Source: a virus (lineage: Duplodnaviria; Caudoviricetes). Taken from it: a stretch of 64,000 nucleotides of DNA. Positions 30,134-38,218 of the stretch are shown piece by piece (positions within the stretch are counted from its first letter, which is position 1; each line of letters starts with the position of its first letter). The translations under genes were made by a program, and so were the position numbers. The notes under the pieces were generated by a model. The model worked only from the letters and a program-made list of their open reading frames with translations, did not search any database and was not told the origin of the DNA. The stretch is taken from positions 1 through 64,000 of IMG/VR virus record IMGVR_UViG_3300022407_004352; one strand, given 5' to 3'.

Positions 30134-30514
30134 ATGAAACGATCAATCGGTCCTATGGTAAAAGTCAAAGACCAATTACCTCAAGAGGTAATATTGGAAT
30201 TCTTAGGCAATGTATCATTCTCTTCCAATCCGGAAGGCGATGTATCCATTGCTGAACAGATTGCCTCTAACAATTACAGCTCCTTACAAAACCTCATTGA
30301 TACCTGCCGGGGTGAGATTCGGGTGGGTAGATTAAAGAAGGAATTTGAGGCAATGGTAAAGAGATTACCGGAATCACCCTTTTATCAAAAATACCTCAAG
30401 GATGAACCCGACCTGAGCATGAAGGCATTTATGGCGGAGATGAGTAAACTGGGTAGATCAGTATCCAATCCAGCCCAATATGGGGAATGGAAACGTAAAC
30501 AATCAAACCGATGA
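30134..30514 (+). CDS. hypothetical protein
   Basis: Operon tiling. Confidence 0.55.
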   Translation: MKRSIGPMVKVKDQLPQEVILEFLGNVSFSSNPEGDVSIAEQIASNNYSSLQNLIDTCRGEIRVGRLKKEFEAMVKRLPESPFYQKYLKDEPDLSMKAFMAEMSKLGRSVSNPAQYGEWKRKQSNR

Positions 30515-30729
30515 AAAAGACCCTTTTGATCTATACTCAATGCACTCAGGATGGTATGCATGAGCAATTGTTGATATTGGAGCCTAATCAAATAATCTTT
30601 GAGGCGACAATAGAGAGTGAGGATGGTACCTTCTATCTTGAGTATGTAGTGGGTGGACAAGATAACTCTGCCTATTTCATGGAGAAGCTGGTAGTTGAAT
30701 CTGAAACCGAAATAACCATAAAAAGATGA
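30511..30729 (+). CDS. hypothetical protein
   Basis: ATGA coupling. Confidence 0.5.
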   Translation: MKKTLLIYTQCTQDGMHEQLLILEPNQIIFEATIESEDGTFYLEYVVGGQDNSAYFMEKLVVESETEITIKR

Positions 30730-30986
30730 ACCGATTATTTCTAACTGCAGTTACCGGGGAAATATGCATGTATGTAATGCATGGAATAAAGCCCCCCTAT
30801 AACCCAATATCTCTCTTTGTCCAAGAGGCAAAGAAAGAGGGTTTGGTTGTGAAGAAGGGAAAGTTACATGCCCTGGGGGCATTGAGAAGACTTTACAAAG
30901 ACAATAACCTCAAAGAACATGCTTTATTAGGTAAAGCAATAGAGCATGAGGAAAAGAGAACCAACCGTAAACTTCTAATACCATGA
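30726..30986 (+). CDS. hypothetical protein
   Basis: ATGA coupling. Confidence 0.5.
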   Translation: MNRLFLTAVTGEICMYVMHGIKPPYNPISLFVQEAKKEGLVVKKGKLHALGALRRLYKDNNLKEHALLGKAIEHEEKRTNRKLLIP

Positions 30987-31333
30987 GGGAGTCTATTTAC
31001 AAATTATGGACGGGGCAATATATAGACCTTAACCATATCCTAATGATTTCAGATGCCTATTTCATTGACCGAATGGGCAATGGTGGATGGTTCAGAGGGT
31101 TTAGTATCCAATTCATGTTTATGGATAAGCCAAGGGATTTTGTCTTTGATGTAGATAGAGAGAAGTATGTCCGGTTTAAAGATGAACATCAGTTACTTAT
31201 CAAGGGTGAGTGGATCGGAGCTAGAAACCTACATCTATATGATGCTAACCAGTCGGATGCAGTGAAAGACCTTCAAGTTAAGGTGGATGAGGTTATTAGA
31301 GTTTGGAAAGAGTTTAAAGATGGTAAACCATAA
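30983..31333 (+). CDS. hypothetical protein
   Basis: ATGA coupling. Confidence 0.55.
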   Translation: MRESIYKLWTGQYIDLNHILMISDAYFIDRMGNGGWFRGFSIQFMFMDKPRDFVFDVDREKYVRFKDEHQLLIKGEWIGARNLHLYDANQSDAVKDLQVKVDEVIRVWKEFKDGKP

Positions 31334-31338
31334 CTATA

Positions 31339-31728
31339 ATGAGAAGAGAACCCAACTTTGAAGATGATCTACCATTTATCATCATGACTTGCTTCATGGC
31401 CTTGTTCATAGGGATCATATTAGGTATGTGGATAAACTCTCGAAGAGAAAAAGAATCAGCCCCTTTAAACCCAAAGAACCATCCATTATCTTTGAATATG
31501 GAAAAATCAATCAGACCTTTTAATCCGAAACCCATCAAGGATGGATTAGGATACCCGAACACCAATTGCTTAAATGCAACGGAGTTCAAAGAAATGACGG
31601 ATTGGATGGGGAATAAGCCCCGACCAATGCTCGACTATCTCTTCTACCTATTGGCAGAAGGGAAGCTAACTACGGCTAAAAAATTAATGGATGCAAATCC
31701 TAACCTTAACATAATCTATCCAATATGA
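31339..31728 (+). CDS. membrane-anchored hypothetical protein
   Basis: LPFIIMTCFMALFIGIILGMWI TM segment. Confidence 0.55.
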   Translation: MRREPNFEDDLPFIIMTCFMALFIGIILGMWINSRREKESAPLNPKNHPLSLNMEKSIRPFNPKPIKDGLGYPNTNCLNATEFKEMTDWMGNKPRPMLDYLFYLLAEGKLTTAKKLMDANPNLNIIYPI

Positions 31729-32285
31729 GAACAATATATGAAACATGGGTGATAGGCGAATATGCTAACCCCTCACACTTTGAAGAGAAGATATTTGCTA
31801 GCTTCCAACTTGCTGACCAAGGGAATCGCCAGAGACTAGTAGAAGCATTCCCCCATTACTTCGGAGGTCTTCCGACTGATGAAAGCCTGAATAAGGTTCT
31901 TACTATGAGTACAAACTCCGTACAAAAGACCTATATGGGTATTTTATATAAAGCCCTTGAAAGACAATGGGATGACATCTTTGATCTAGCCAATATGATT
32001 GCAGCCCTTGATAATATCAAGGAACACTACCGAGTTCAAGCTCAGACGATTGTACCACCCAATGAAGCAGAGAGGAAGATCGCTGCAGCCAAAAGGGATT
32101 GGAGAATTACCGAAACCCAAAAAGAGATCATTCAGGAATACCTGATTCCAGTCACTGAGGCTATTGAATATAAGAATCTTGAGTTCAATGACTTGCCCGA
32201 AGATTTGAAAGAGGAACTCCTGAAGTTGGTAAAAACAACAGACCAGATAATCAAACTGATAAACCCCGATGCTGATGAAAACTGA
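31725..32285 (+). CDS. hypothetical protein
   Basis: FQLADQGNRQRLVEAFP motif; ATGA coupling. Confidence 0.55.
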   Translation: MRTIYETWVIGEYANPSHFEEKIFASFQLADQGNRQRLVEAFPHYFGGLPTDESLNKVLTMSTNSVQKTYMGILYKALERQWDDIFDLANMIAALDNIKEHYRVQAQTIVPPNEAERKIAAAKRDWRITETQKEIIQEYLIPVTEAIEYKNLEFNDLPEDLKEELLKLVKTTDQIIKLINPDADEN

Positions 32286-32610
32286 GATAGAACGATTCTT
32301 TGATGAGGTAGAGCATGTAACTAAGTTTATTAATGCAAACCATCATTATACCTTATGCAATGCAAAGCTTACCAAAAAGGTAATGGAGTTTCTAGTAGAA
32401 GAGAATGAATGGTTGATTCTTAAAACCCCGGATGCATCCGAAGATAATACCTATAAGGAATATACCTTCTACTCAGTGGGATCATTGGATGCTCTCACCA
32501 TAGAGCAATTTGAAGCCGGTAGACCCTCTATTAAATTATGGGTAAGGGGTGGAATTCCAGCCATATTAAGTCTATATGATTTAACCATAACCAGAGAAGA
32601 TATTCTCTAA
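32269..32610 (+). CDS. hypothetical protein
   Basis: Operon tiling. Confidence 0.5.
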   Translation: MLMKTEIERFFDEVEHVTKFINANHHYTLCNAKLTKKVMEFLVEENEWLILKTPDASEDNTYKEYTFYSVGSLDALTIEQFEAGRPSIKLWVRGGIPAILSLYDLTITREDIL

Positions 32611-32615
32611 TCACC

Positions 32616-32849
32616 ATGTATACATACCGAATTGATTATCGAGTTTATTGGCAGGATTCAATACTTGAAGATTCCTATGACCTAGTAAGTGATGTAACAG
32701 CCAAGGAGGCATCATCGAAGTTGAAGTCAGAATTAAAAGCCAAATATGCACCTAGAAAGGTATCGGTCAGAACCATTACCCCAAAGACTGCATACACGGG
32801 TACTAAAACCGGATTCAAAATACCCAAATCTTCACCCCATAAATATTGA
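32616..32849 (+). CDS. hypothetical protein
   Basis: 77 aa ORF. Confidence 0.5.
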   Translation: MYTYRIDYRVYWQDSILEDSYDLVSDVTAKEASSKLKSELKAKYAPRKVSVRTITPKTAYTGTKTGFKIPKSSPHKY

Positions 32850-33005
32850 CGATAACGATGATCCCAAATTGTCCAAATAGGCAATGAAATTCATCGTCTA
32901 GTGAGAGATTCTACTAGATTCAATGGATAGATAAGATATAAACGGCTAATTGATACTTGATGACCTATTGATTATCTTTATTATAGGATAAAAATTCAAT
33001 CTAAC

Positions 33006-33575
33006 ATGAAAAAGAAATTAACCCATTTTGCCTTTGGACTCCATCAAATGGTGGAAAGGATTGAAGATGCCCTTGAAAGCCCCAACAGAGAGATCGGTGA
33101 AGAATTCTTTGCATGGGCGAAAGATCAAAACCTGAAAGAGGATTTGAGAAGCCTGAATCATTATATTGCTGAGGCAGCCCCGATCATTGAGGATTTTCCA
33201 TTCAAGAAAGAACCTGCCATAGAATTCATTTACCTATTGCCTAAGAAATTAAGAATACCCCTAAGGCTACAGGTGGTTCTTATGCAGGATTATGAAAGAG
33301 GTAAATATAAAGATTATACCTCATTGCACATATCAGAACCCACCCTGTTGATTAAGAATGATAAAAGGGCTATATTATCCACCATTAAGAGGATGGAACA
33401 GATTGCAGGTTGGGTGATGAAGGATTATGATGATGGTAAAAATAGAATATGGGAAACCCTGGGGCTAGGTGGAGATGACTCCGTGGACTATGCAGGAGGC
33501 TATGTATTTGCCATCTGCTCTTGCTTGAGAGCCTGGGCATACCGAGAATATAATGACTCTAAATTCTTAAAATAA
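33006..33575 (+). CDS. hypothetical protein
   Basis: Preceded by ATTGATTATCTTTA cassette (32967-32980). Confidence 0.6.
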   Translation: MKKKLTHFAFGLHQMVERIEDALESPNREIGEEFFAWAKDQNLKEDLRSLNHYIAEAAPIIEDFPFKKEPAIEFIYLLPKKLRIPLRLQVVLMQDYERGKYKDYTSLHISEPTLLIKNDKRAILSTIKRMEQIAGWVMKDYDDGKNRIWETLGLGGDDSVDYAGGYVFAICSCLRAWAYREYNDSKFLK

Positions 33576-33847
33576 TGACACGAGATACATTTGATACCCT
33601 GAAAACCATAATTAAGGAATCTGAACTCCTTATGAACCTAGCTGAGACAGAGCCAGATCGGGATGAGCAAGATGAGGTCCCCAATGTCAGAGATAGATTG
33701 CTTGATGGGGCTAATCTGATCGACCTCTACATTGAATTTTGGGATCATATCATCTGGTGCAGATTCTATAAGCCCAAAATTGATGAGGATGAGCTAGAAT
33801 ACCATTTTTGGAAGATTGCCGAAGAAACTTTAACAGATAAACCATGA
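33575..33847 (+). CDS. acidic hypothetical protein
   Basis: TAATG coupling. Confidence 0.55.
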   Translation: MTRDTFDTLKTIIKESELLMNLAETEPDRDEQDEVPNVRDRLLDGANLIDLYIEFWDHIIWCRFYKPKIDEDELEYHFWKIAEETLTDKP

Positions 33848-34290
33848 AATTCATACTTACACCTTACCTGACTAGAATAACACTGAAATGGCTATTCATC
33901 CTATTGCTAACCATAATCTCTATCTATTGCCCATACAGAACATATAAGATTTTCATGAGAGAAGATAGCCAAAGATGTGGAACTATTACCTGGAAAGGAG
34001 ATAAAGACCAGGTACATAAATATAATACCAAAACTGAGTTCATTATGGTAATTGATTACCCAACGGGAAGAGAGGAAGCCATAGTATCAGCTGCTACATG
34101 GGCATCTCACAAGGTAGGTGATAGAATATGCTTCCTAGTCCGTAATAATATGCCATTAGATTTTTGGGAATTTGCTTATTTTGTTATAAGCATCGTTGAG
34201 GCAATAGTTTTCTTTGTCATATCAGTGGGAATGATTATCGAAGGCATAAGATGGCTATTCGGAATGGGACCCACCCCGGAAGAATATTAA
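33844..34290 (+). CDS. membrane protein (2 TM flanking a soluble domain)
   Basis: Hydrophobic N- and C-terminal segments. Confidence 0.6.
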   Translation: MKFILTPYLTRITLKWLFILLLTIISIYCPYRTYKIFMREDSQRCGTITWKGDKDQVHKYNTKTEFIMVIDYPTGREEAIVSAATWASHKVGDRICFLVRNNMPLDFWEFAYFVISIVEAIVFFVISVGMIIEGIRWLFGMGPTPEEY

Positions 34291-34354
34291 AGGGGCTCTT
34301 TAGAACTCTTCTACCGATTGATTATCTTTATATCATAATTAAAAATCAATCATT

Positions 34355-34612
34355 ATGATACCTGAAAAATTATCCACCCAAGAGTTGCATTACCTGATCA
34401 ATGATCATTTGCAAAAAGACCCAAGACATGCCCTACAAGAATTGATCAAAGATCGGTGGGGTATCGGTCATGATCTCCAATTTCCTCAAGGTTCTATTAT
34501 GGTAGAAATCATGGGTTCATATAGAAATGCCGATAAGAAGAGGTTTAAAAGATTATATCGGGCATTTCGGAAATTTACCAATCAAAGGAACGTAAAGATC
34601 GCCTTGTATTAG
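34355..34612 (+). CDS. hypothetical protein
   Basis: Preceded by ATTGATTATCTTTA + CATAATTAAAAATCAATCA cassette. Confidence 0.6.
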   Translation: MIPEKLSTQELHYLINDHLQKDPRHALQELIKDRWGIGHDLQFPQGSIMVEIMGSYRNADKKRFKRLYRAFRKFTNQRNVKIALY

Positions 34613-34688
34613 ATGTAGGTAATGAATCCAATGCCACAACCTTTGAATTGCCCTTAGACCAGATAAACGAAATTAAATTCACCCTGCT

Positions 34689-34916
34689 ATGAAAATAACC
34701 ATATCAACCCTAGAAAGAGGGATGCTTACCTTCTTAGGCAGAAAGATTGCTAAAAAACACTTGCGCGACCGGATAGATGAATTGCCAGAGATATACTCGG
34801 AAGATGTGGAGGCAAGATTGGAGAATATAAGGGCTACCATAAAAGCCCTAAAGAAAGAAAGAGAAACCCTATATTTGCTAATAAACCCAAAAAGATATGA
34901 AACTAACGCAGATTGA
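34689..34916 (+). CDS. hypothetical protein
   Basis: 75 aa ORF. Confidence 0.5.
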   Translation: MKITISTLERGMLTFLGRKIAKKHLRDRIDELPEIYSEDVEARLENIRATIKALKKERETLYLLINPKRYETNAD

Positions 34917-35235
34917 ATTAGAAGGTAATAAATGCAAATTCTGCCAAAGAAAGGACCAGAAACAATTATACCTATTGGAGTCCAATTACAGACTCAAAAC
35001 CATATTATGCAACCACTGCATGTGGAGTTTGATAGAACAATTCAATGAGGCGAGAATCAATGGCATAGAAGGAAAAGAGCCAGAATTGAAATTAATCAGA
35101 TGGGCGGATCACCATTACCCACCTATTAATCTCAATGAAAACGCCAATGAGGTGGCTAGATTGGTACAAGAGATCAAGAGATTAAGACTGGGAAAGAAAA
35201 ACCACTCGGTAAAGAAGGGCAAGAAGAGAAAATAA
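34897..35235 (+). CDS. Zn-finger hypothetical protein
   Basis: CKFC...CNHC. Confidence 0.55.
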   Translation: MKLTQIELEGNKCKFCQRKDQKQLYLLESNYRLKTILCNHCMWSLIEQFNEARINGIEGKEPELKLIRWADHHYPPINLNENANEVARLVQEIKRLRLGKKNHSVKKGKKRK

Positions 35236-35267
35236 CCATCTAATACTCAACGATCTAGATTCAAAAG

Positions 35268-35295
35268 AGGCTCATAGATATTCTATGGGCCTTTT
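35268..35295 (+). terminator. intrinsic terminator
   Basis: AGGCTCATAGA / TCTATGGGCCT then TTT. Confidence 0.65.
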
Positions 35296-35351
35296 CTATG
35301 TGTTATATAAGAGGCCACAACCCTCTTATCTCTTTAAAAAAAAACATAAAT

Positions 35352-36182
35352 ATGAGTACAATAAGAATACCAAGACCAACAGGACTAACTAATATGATTA
35401 AGAATCATAGTAGGATAAAGGATGAGAGAATGAGAGGAAAGGAACTAAAGAGAATAAAGGAGCATGTAATAAACCAATACATCAGAGAAGGCTTTAGACT
35501 CAACGGAGAGACTAAGGACATAGGAGACATAGGAAGGTATTTAGGTGAAACCGAGAAATGGGTATTACAAAGGATACAGAGATTTGGAACACTATTGGAA
35601 GGAAAGGACCAAGATGGGCTCAGTAAGGCATTAAAAGCGATGTCTTTACAGGCTTCTATGGCAAGCCGAAGTATTATTATGGCCCAGGCAACCTACCTGT
35701 TTGAGAGTCAATCAGTTGAGTACCAGAAATCAAACCCGGGAAAGAAGAATGGCTATGTACCTTTCCTTACATCAGAGGTAAATCGAAGCCTTGCCAACCT
35801 AATTGCAAGCGATAATACCTTACTCAACCTACTGAAGATTGTTGCCCCACCTGCCAAGAACAGCCCTACCATACAAATTAACAACCAACAGGCTAACCTA
35901 GGTAATCAGCCCTCTACGGAGACCCTAATCAATATCAATCAGGCCGTACAGCTAATAGACAAAGGCCGTGAGGCTACCTTACTAGAGGATGATGGGCTCC
36001 AAAATAGGCTCTTGGCTCAGCACATTACCCCTGATGTACCTGAAGTAATAGCTACGCAGCAAAGAGGGTTTAATGCCACTAATGAGGCAGCAGGCCTTAA
36101 AAAGAAGCCTAAAAAGGTACAATTACATGAGATTCGCTCTGAATCGGATGGAGAGATCATCAACCCTGAAATCATAGAATAG
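35352..36182 (+). CDS. possible terminase small subunit
   Basis: HTH-like DIGDIGRYLGETEKWVLQRI, helical middle, PTIQINNQQ strand, disordered tail; next to GC-rich repeats; ATG 35352. Confidence 0.4.
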   Translation: MSTIRIPRPTGLTNMIKNHSRIKDERMRGKELKRIKEHVINQYIREGFRLNGETKDIGDIGRYLGETEKWVLQRIQRFGTLLEGKDQDGLSKALKAMSLQASMASRSIIMAQATYLFESQSVEYQKSNPGKKNGYVPFLTSEVNRSLANLIASDNTLLNLLKIVAPPAKNSPTIQINNQQANLGNQPSTETLININQAVQLIDKGREATLLEDDGLQNRLLAQHITPDVPEVIATQQRGFNATNEAAGLKKKPKKVQLHEIRSESDGEIINPEIIE

Positions 36183-36210
36183 GCTACATACCTTACCATA
36201 TATAGTGGAA

Positions 36211-36340
36211 TTTTGCGCGCTTATAGGTCAGGTATGGCCAAAGGGCCCAATTTGGCCAGCTGGTTGCGAAGTTCGGTATGGCCATTTTAGGTATGGCCAG
36301 CCGGCCGGACCCGCCACGAGGAGAGGGTATGGCAGAAAGC
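36211..36340. repeat. GC-rich block A: TTGCGCGC plus four GGTATGGC repeats
   Basis: GGTATGGC at 36231, 36275, 36290, 36326; extra TGGCC at 36253. Confidence 0.8.
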
Positions 36341-36388
36341 CATGAATTTTAGGGTACAAAGCCCCTTGATTGAGATATGCATTATATC

Positions 36389-36419
36389 TATATTTGATCC
36401 ATAATTAAAAATCAATCAA
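36389..36419 (+). promoter_or_regulatory. promoter-leader cassette TATATTTG + CATAATTAAAAATCAATCA
   Basis: TAnnTTTG match; leader identical to 34334-34352. Confidence 0.65.
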
Positions 36420-36665
36420 ATGAAAAAGAATGACCTTATTACCCAATCTCTCATAGATGATCTAAGAGAGAAGATTCAGAAAACCCCGGATTTAGGAATC
36501 CGACAGACCCACCTCAATATTCTTGAGGTTATGGAGGCATGCATTGGAAATTCATTAGATTCCCTTTTGAATACCCTCTTTGATGAATGGGATGAAGATG
36601 AGGCAATGTATGGCTTCTCTCCAAAAGAATTCCTGATATTTGATACCATGTACCTAAGAGATTAA
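36420..36665 (+). CDS. acidic hypothetical protein
   Basis: Behind promoter cassette. Confidence 0.6.
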   Translation: MKKNDLITQSLIDDLREKIQKTPDLGIRQTHLNILEVMEACIGNSLDSLLNTLFDEWDEDEAMYGFSPKEFLIFDTMYLRD

Positions 36666-36670
36666 AAGCC

Positions 36671-36967
36671 ATGAAAAAGATAAAAGACCATGATATTGAG
36701 CTCATCGGCATTAAGATCAAAGCCCGATTAGAAGAAGCCCGAACCAGCAACCATCATTTTATTGCCTTCTATGAAAGGATGCAGAAAATTCAGAATGAGG
36801 CTGAGTCCCTAATAACCCATTGGAAAGAAAACCCTGTGGACCATGAGGGAATCCTGAATGATAGCCTCAATACCCTCATCGAAGAGATGCTGGACATACC
36901 GGACCTGAATCATGCAGACCTTGCCCAATATCTTATACACTACTACACCATAACCGAAAAGGCATGA
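36671..36967 (+). CDS. hypothetical protein
   Basis: Followed by terminator. Confidence 0.6.
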   Translation: MKKIKDHDIELIGIKIKARLEEARTSNHHFIAFYERMQKIQNEAESLITHWKENPVDHEGILNDSLNTLIEEMLDIPDLNHADLAQYLIHYYTITEKA

Positions 36968-36983
36968 TTGATTGGTTTGGATT

Positions 36984-37002
36984 AGCCCCGAAAGGGGCTT
37001 TT
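36984..37002 (+). terminator. intrinsic terminator with GAAA tetraloop
   Basis: AGCCCC-GAAA-GGGGCT-TTT. Confidence 0.8.
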
Positions 37003-37030
37003 CTTGTGTTATTAGCCTATTAATATATCA

Positions 37031-37170
37031 ATTTGCGCGCCTAACACGACCCATAGGGTATTGGGCCCACACTGGCCGACTGGTCTGGCATGGCCGAGAC
37101 TGGCCTTGATCCACCGAAATTGGCGCGCTTGGTCGAGAGGTTTTAGGCACCAGGCCAGAGGGGCAGGAAA
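37031..37170. repeat. GC-rich block B: TTGCGCGC plus phased TGG(CC) repeats
   Basis: TGG at 37073, 37081, 37086, 37091, 37101, 37121, 37130. Confidence 0.7.
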
Positions 37171-37241
37171 TTTGCCTCGAAAATAGATTTTTGAAATTCG
37201 GATATTTTTCCGATATTTGATCAAATAAAAAAATCAATCAA

Positions 37242-37421
37242 ATGAAAAATTCAAAAAAATCATTTTATCCGGAATCATTAAATTCGGATCAATTAGAAAT
37301 TCTTATGCATATCAATGCAAAGGAAGAGAAAAAAGAAAATCTGATCTATGCATGGATCGGATTTATCCTATTTGAAATATGCATTATTGCCCCTATCTTT
37401 TATCTTTATTATCTTGCATAA
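37242..37421 (+). CDS. 59-aa protein with C-terminal TM helix (not in ORF track)
   Basis: MKNSKKSFYPESLNSDQLEILMHINAKEEKKENLIYAWIGFILFEICIIAPIFYLYYLA behind AAAAATCAATCAAATG leader; no Thr or Val. Confidence 0.7.
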   Translation: MKNSKKSFYPESLNSDQLEILMHINAKEEKKENLIYAWIGFILFEICIIAPIFYLYYLA

Positions 37422-37448
37422 ATCGGATTAATATCCGATATTTGAATT

Positions 37449-37865
37449 ATGAAAAAATCAATCAAAAAATCAGAAGAGATTCAAGGAATCAAATCTGAAA
37501 TCAAAATCAAAAAATCTCAAAAATTGGATTCTGCAAATCTTTCAAAGATCAAAGAAGAATCTAAAGGATCAGAAGAGAAAAAAGGGAATCTTTATATTGG
37601 ATTTTCTTCCTTATCTTCAAATGATCAGAAAAAAGAGAGATCAAAATTAAGGAGAAAATTGGAAAATTTCAGAAAGGAGATTTTAGGGAAAGATCGGAAA
37701 AAGGAAGAGAAGGAAGAGGGATTAAAATCTTTCATTCAATTCTATAAAAAGAATTGGAAGATTCAAGATTTTAAATTTGAAAATTTCTCTCATCAAAAGG
37801 ATGAAGATTTTAAATCCGATTGGATCGAAATTCTTTCCAATGCAAAGAAATCCTTAGAGAAATAA
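37449..37865 (+). CDS. highly charged K/E/S-rich protein
   Basis: 138 aa, no Thr or Val; followed by strong terminator. Confidence 0.75.
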   Translation: MKKSIKKSEEIQGIKSEIKIKKSQKLDSANLSKIKEESKGSEEKKGNLYIGFSSLSSNDQKKERSKLRRKLENFRKEILGKDRKKEEKEEGLKSFIQFYKKNWKIQDFKFENFSHQKDEDFKSDWIEILSNAKKSLEK

Positions 37866-37882
37866 ATAAGGATTGAAAAATG

Positions 37883-37918
37883 AAATCCGATAGATTTATC
37901 CTCTATCGGATTTTTTTT
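37883..37918 (+). terminator. intrinsic terminator
   Basis: AAATCCGATAGA-TTTATCC-TCTATCGGATTT then T run. Confidence 0.85.
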
Positions 37919-37947
37919 ATCCTTTCCATCCTACACACCCTATCCTG

Positions 37948-38018
37948 TTTCTACTGCCATAAAATTTATGTAAAGCCCCCTATAAGCACCCCGGGTTTTT
38001 CTACTGCCATAAAATTTA
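37948..38018. repeat. 21-bp direct repeat x2, 50-bp period
   Basis: TTTCTACTGCCATAAAATTTA at 37948 and 37998. Confidence 0.9.
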
Positions 38019-38218
38019 GGCTCATATGCGAAAGGGGCTCTGTTAATATACCTTAATCACTATTATCTGCTTACCCAGCTCCCATTGGTCTAACCCCCTT
38101 TGAAACTCCGGAAACTCATCTTTTATATGCTCCTCTGCTCTAAACCTGGATTCCTTAACTGCCGAGATACGAAGGAACTTGTCATCTGCATACACCATTA
38201 CTACATAGTATCTCTTTT

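Larger units (their letters stand above)
37150..37933. other. 784-bp segment with no AC or GT dinucleotide
   Basis: Read base by base: last AC at 37149-37150, next AC at 37933-37934, no GT between. Confidence 0.95.

Noticed and set aside
37012-37237. Two minus-strand ORFs over GC-rich block B
   Set aside because: Two frames overlap, they cross a repeat block and a plus-strand leader, and show no coding signal
37150-37933. Explaining the island as avoidance of an mRNA interferase (e.g. MazF ACA) or of Thr/Val tRNA loss
   Set aside because: GT is missing as completely as AC, in all frames and in non-coding DNA, which fits a duplex-DNA motif better. Not fully excluded if both strands are transcribed.
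36231-38018. Possible CRISPR array from the GGTATGGC or 21-bp repeats
   Set aside because: Repeats are too short or only two copies, with irregular spacing and no cas genes
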